DNA of 64,000 nt from a virus (Duplodnaviria; Caudoviricetes). This document shows, piece after piece, positions 61,020-64,000 of this stretch. How positions within the stretch are numbered: position 1 is the first letter of the stretch; every line of letters begins with the position of its first letter. Both the position numbers and the translations under genes were made by a program. The stretch spans positions 1 through 64,000 of the IMG/VR virus record IMGVR_UViG_3300012041_000002; one strand, written 5' to 3'. Under the pieces are notes generated by a model. The model was given only the letters and a program-made list of their open reading frames with translations, was not told the DNA's origin and made no database searches.

Positions 61020-63062
61020 ATGCCATCTGCGTATGATGTGCTCATAAAGTATGGTGAGGATTTCGCATTCAGCCTGAACCTGAATGACAGAACCAACTAT
61101 TTCTGTAAGCCACACTCAGCCAACTCCAGCCCCGAACAATCTATAGAGTTGTCGGAGACTGAATACGCCTCGCCTTTTGTGCAAAGAGTTTCGATGAACG
61201 AGCGGGTGCTGTCTATCAACTTTACCATAAAAGCCGAGCCCTTCACTTTCTCCTACTACACCAAGCTGAACGCAGTCAAGAAAGCCCTCGGCAATGGCCC
61301 AATCAGGCTGGTGCTCACCCGTCAGGGTATCGGCGACTTGCTAATCGAGGCCGAGTCCGAGCAACTCATCGAAGGCGGGCACCCGTGTGACTTTGAGATA
61401 CACCTGCTTTCTGCCGACCCGGTGTGGACTTTACTGGGCACGGAGGAAGAGGAGAGCATCACGATTGGCTCCAGCCCCGTAAGCAACCCGGAGATACCCT
61501 TCCCACCTTATGTAGGCACGGCGCCCACCGAACCTGTCGTAACCTTTGAGGTTGACGGACACTCAGGGGTGTGGAGATATTACCGGGACATCACAATTAC
61601 CAACCGCTCCACCCTTCCCCTATCCTATTATCCAGTGTGCATTGACTTGGGTGACATCAGTGCTCAGGTGGGCACTAAATTCTTCGAGGTTGGTGGTGGA
61701 AACCAGCGTATCAAAGATATTCGTCTGGAGTCGCAGGGGGGTGCTGCCAAGCAATTCTACCAGCGAGACATAGGCGAGCGCGGGGGTACATGGCATACCT
61801 CAGTCAAACTGTGGACGGTTATCTACTCTCTGCAACCTGACGAGTCGAAAGTGCTGCGCGTGCTGTACGGCAATTCTTTGTGTTCCCCTCTGGTGGAGAA
61901 CTCCACCGTCAAGCCCATGTTCAACATGTACGACTCCAACAATGGGGAGTGGATATTCGCCGACTTTTTGCCGGCGCAAAACCAGTCACAGGAGCGCAAT
62001 ATGCCCTGGGGGCCATACACCCCAAACCGCATGAACATGGACTGGATAAAGTACCCGCACCCTCACTTCGACAACCCAAACGCCCCGTATGTAGTGCCCT
62101 GCGCGGGAGGGAAGGTGCAATACTTTGGCCGCGGCAGGGGGTTTGCCGGTGTGGGGCTCAACCTACCGGTGCCAATTGCCTCGGTTGACTTTGACTACCA
62201 ATTCTCAACTAACATCAAGGCTCCGTTAGTATTACGAAGGCTTTACCCGGACGGGCGCTACTTCGACGATTGGAGTATCCCGGACTCTGTGAATATTTTA
62301 GGTAAGAGTGTCTACGCCCAATTAGCGGCGAATGCCCTTACCGGTTACGTGAACATCACCCTCGATATGGTGACGAGGGGTGGGGATACGTTCGCTGTCA
62401 ACGACAGGGTAGCTATCAAGCTGGACAACGGCAGCACCCACCGCAGCCTGATTACCGCAGTAAACACCGGCACCAAGGTTATCACCTTGCAGACGGCAAT
62501 GCCCTCGAATGCCAGCATAGGCAACCGGGCGCAGCAGTTCCAGACAGGCAGCACTACGGTATCCTTCCCCACAACCGACTATCCCTATGGGGTGGTATTC
62601 GGGCTTCGGGTGGACTTGCCTGAGTACAATCTCGGCGATTGGTACTACGGTGCGGCCAATACGGCCACCATCAACTTCCAATCGTCCAAGACTCCCGGTG
62701 TAACCGCGTGGGGCTCGGCTACGGAAGTAGACTTGACTGTGGTTGGATACCAGCTCTCGGGACGCTTCGGCAACCCTATAGTTGGTGAGTACGTAGGCGT
62801 ACACACCATCCTTTCTACGGTTGGTGACAAGCTGGTTGTGGATTGCAAGAATAGAAGCGCCATTTATTACCACTGGAATGGTTCCGGCTACGATGAAGGG
62901 GTGGACAGGTTCGAGGCACTCTATTTTGACGAGGAAGTGCGCAGGTACTGGGTGCATGTGGCCCCCATTGACACCCTGCAAAGTATCGAGTTTATCGCCG
63001 ACTCCCAATCTAACTTCTCCAACATCACCGTCACAGCCCGCTATCCGATAAGGTATCTGTAA
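61020..63062 (+). CDS. distal tail/baseplate protein with inserted domains (DUF2341-like segment)
   Basis: follows TMP; WRYYRDITITN....LSYYPVCIDL. Confidence 0.7.
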   Translation: MPSAYDVLIKYGEDFAFSLNLNDRTNYFCKPHSANSSPEQSIELSETEYASPFVQRVSMNERVLSINFTIKAEPFTFSYYTKLNAVKKALGNGPIRLVLTRQGIGDLLIEAESEQLIEGGHPCDFEIHLLSADPVWTLLGTEEEESITIGSSPVSNPEIPFPPYVGTAPTEPVVTFEVDGHSGVWRYYRDITITNRSTLPLSYYPVCIDLGDISAQVGTKFFEVGGGNQRIKDIRLESQGGAAKQFYQRDIGERGGTWHTSVKLWTVIYSLQPDESKVLRVLYGNSLCSPLVENSTVKPMFNMYDSNNGEWIFADFLPAQNQSQERNMPWGPYTPNRMNMDWIKYPHPHFDNPNAPYVVPCAGGKVQYFGRGRGFAGVGLNLPVPIASVDFDYQFSTNIKAPLVLRRLYPDGRYFDDWSIPDSVNILGKSVYAQLAANALTGYVNITLDMVTRGGDTFAVNDRVAIKLDNGSTHRSLITAVNTGTKVITLQTAMPSNASIGNRAQQFQTGSTTVSFPTTDYPYGVVFGLRVDLPEYNLGDWYYGAANTATINFQSSKTPGVTAWGSATEVDLTVVGYQLSGRFGNPIVGEYVGVHTILSTVGDKLVVDCKNRSAIYYHWNGSGYDEGVDRFEALYFDEEVRRYWVHVAPIDTLQSIEFIADSQSNFSNITVTARYPIRYL

Positions 63063-64000
63063 ATGTATCACAGGATTGTAGCTCATAATCGCCTTGGGGA
63101 GCCGCTGGCGGAATTGCACAAAGCCTGGGCTGTCTCTCGCGCAGTGGCTCTCAACAAAGGTGGGGTACTCACCTTCAATATGTCCGTCGAGGACACCAAG
63201 TGTACCGAGGCAAACCTGGATTACAACAATCTCATAGGGGTGTACTCGGACGAGTTTGAGCCCTGGTGGGGTTACGTTGTCGAACATTCCCAGACAGGCG
63301 GGCAGATGGCTATTACCTGCCACCATATCCTGCACAGGCTTGGCAGGCGGCTCACTCGCCCCGGCAAGATGGAGAACGTCACTGCCGGGGCTATCTTCCG
63401 CTTCTTACTCGGGGAGGCTAATAGGGAAGAGTCGTGCGGCATCAATTTAGGAGAAGTGTTCGACGGTGGCAAGGTGTACACGATGGAGTTTGAGTACGAG
63501 AGTATCTATGACAAGATACAGGATTTGCTCGAAATGTCCGGGTGTTACTTGCAGATGGAAACCATTCGCCCCGGCCTGTGGGAGTTGAGCCTCGTGGAGA
63601 AGGTTGGCCGAGATTTGACGGATACGGTGGTTTTCTACCGGGGCATCGACTTCGACGGTAAGCCCGAGATGCGTGGTGACAACACGCAGTTCGCCAACAG
63701 AGTGTTCGCCCTGGGACAGCACGAGGAAAGTTCTGACGAAACCGAGCGCCCCATAGGTGAGTACACCGACTGGAATTCCGTGCAGGATGAAGGGCTGTCA
63801 GAGCTTCCCATTGAAGTATCTGATGTGTCGGACAGGCACACGCTGGACGTTTTAGCCAGGGCCGAGGTAAACAAGCGCTTGAAGGCTTACTACACCATAC
63901 CCATAACCCTCAACCGCAAACGCGAGTTGTGGAGCAAATTTACCGATGGGGATATTGTATGCGTCTATCTACCCGGGTACATGTTCAAGGGGGCAGTTCT
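63063..64000 (+). CDS. tail hub/Tal-like minor tail protein, truncated by window end
   Basis: open from ATG 63063 to window end; FANRVFALG; follows Dit-like gene. Confidence 0.72.
   Translation, partial: MYHRIVAHNRLGEPLAELHKAWAVSRAVALNKGGVLTFNMSVEDTKCTEANLDYNNLIGVYSDEFEPWWGYVVEHSQTGGQMAITCHHILHRLGRRLTRPGKMENVTAGAIFRFLLGEANREESCGINLGEVFDGGKVYTMEFEYESIYDKIQDLLEMSGCYLQMETIRPGLWELSLVEKVGRDLTDTVVFYRGIDFDGKPEMRGDNTQFANRVFALGQHEESSDETERPIGEYTDWNSVQDEGLSELPIEVSDVSDRHTLDVLARAEVNKRLKAYYTIPITLNRKRELWSKFTDGDIVCVYLPGYMFKGAV

Overview
The window is about 64 kb of a tailed, siphovirus-like temperate phage or prophage, about 55% GC by eye, and is cut at both ends. Gene order is: a tyrosine integrase; a long rightward early/accessory block of small genes (about 2-25 kb); a leftward recombination/replication block (Cas4-like nuclease, SSB, primase, MazG-like protein); a rightward replication block (DnaB-like helicase, VRR-NUC, dNMP kinase, nucleotidase, family A DNA polymerase, ClpP-like protease); a lone leftward BlaI/CopY-family regulator; then terminase, portal, protease/scaffold, major capsid, neck, major tail, tail chaperones, a 2255-aa tape measure, distal tail and a truncated hub protein. 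Three observations stand out. (1) The integrase gene sits inside a split tRNA-Ile2(CAU)-like shell: the 5' half (420-461) lies upstream, and a matching acceptor-stem 3' end with CCA (1630-1640) overlaps the stop codon, followed by a terminator. The T-arm is absent. (2) An 11-member family of small Cys-x-x-GA...ND paralogues lies in the early region, one member frameshifted in a C6 run. (3) A dispersed TCAAATATTTGA operator-like motif recurs at several promoters. Two proteins resemble, from memory, Chloroflexota proteins, which hints at the host. All family assignments come from motif recognition by eye, with no database searches.
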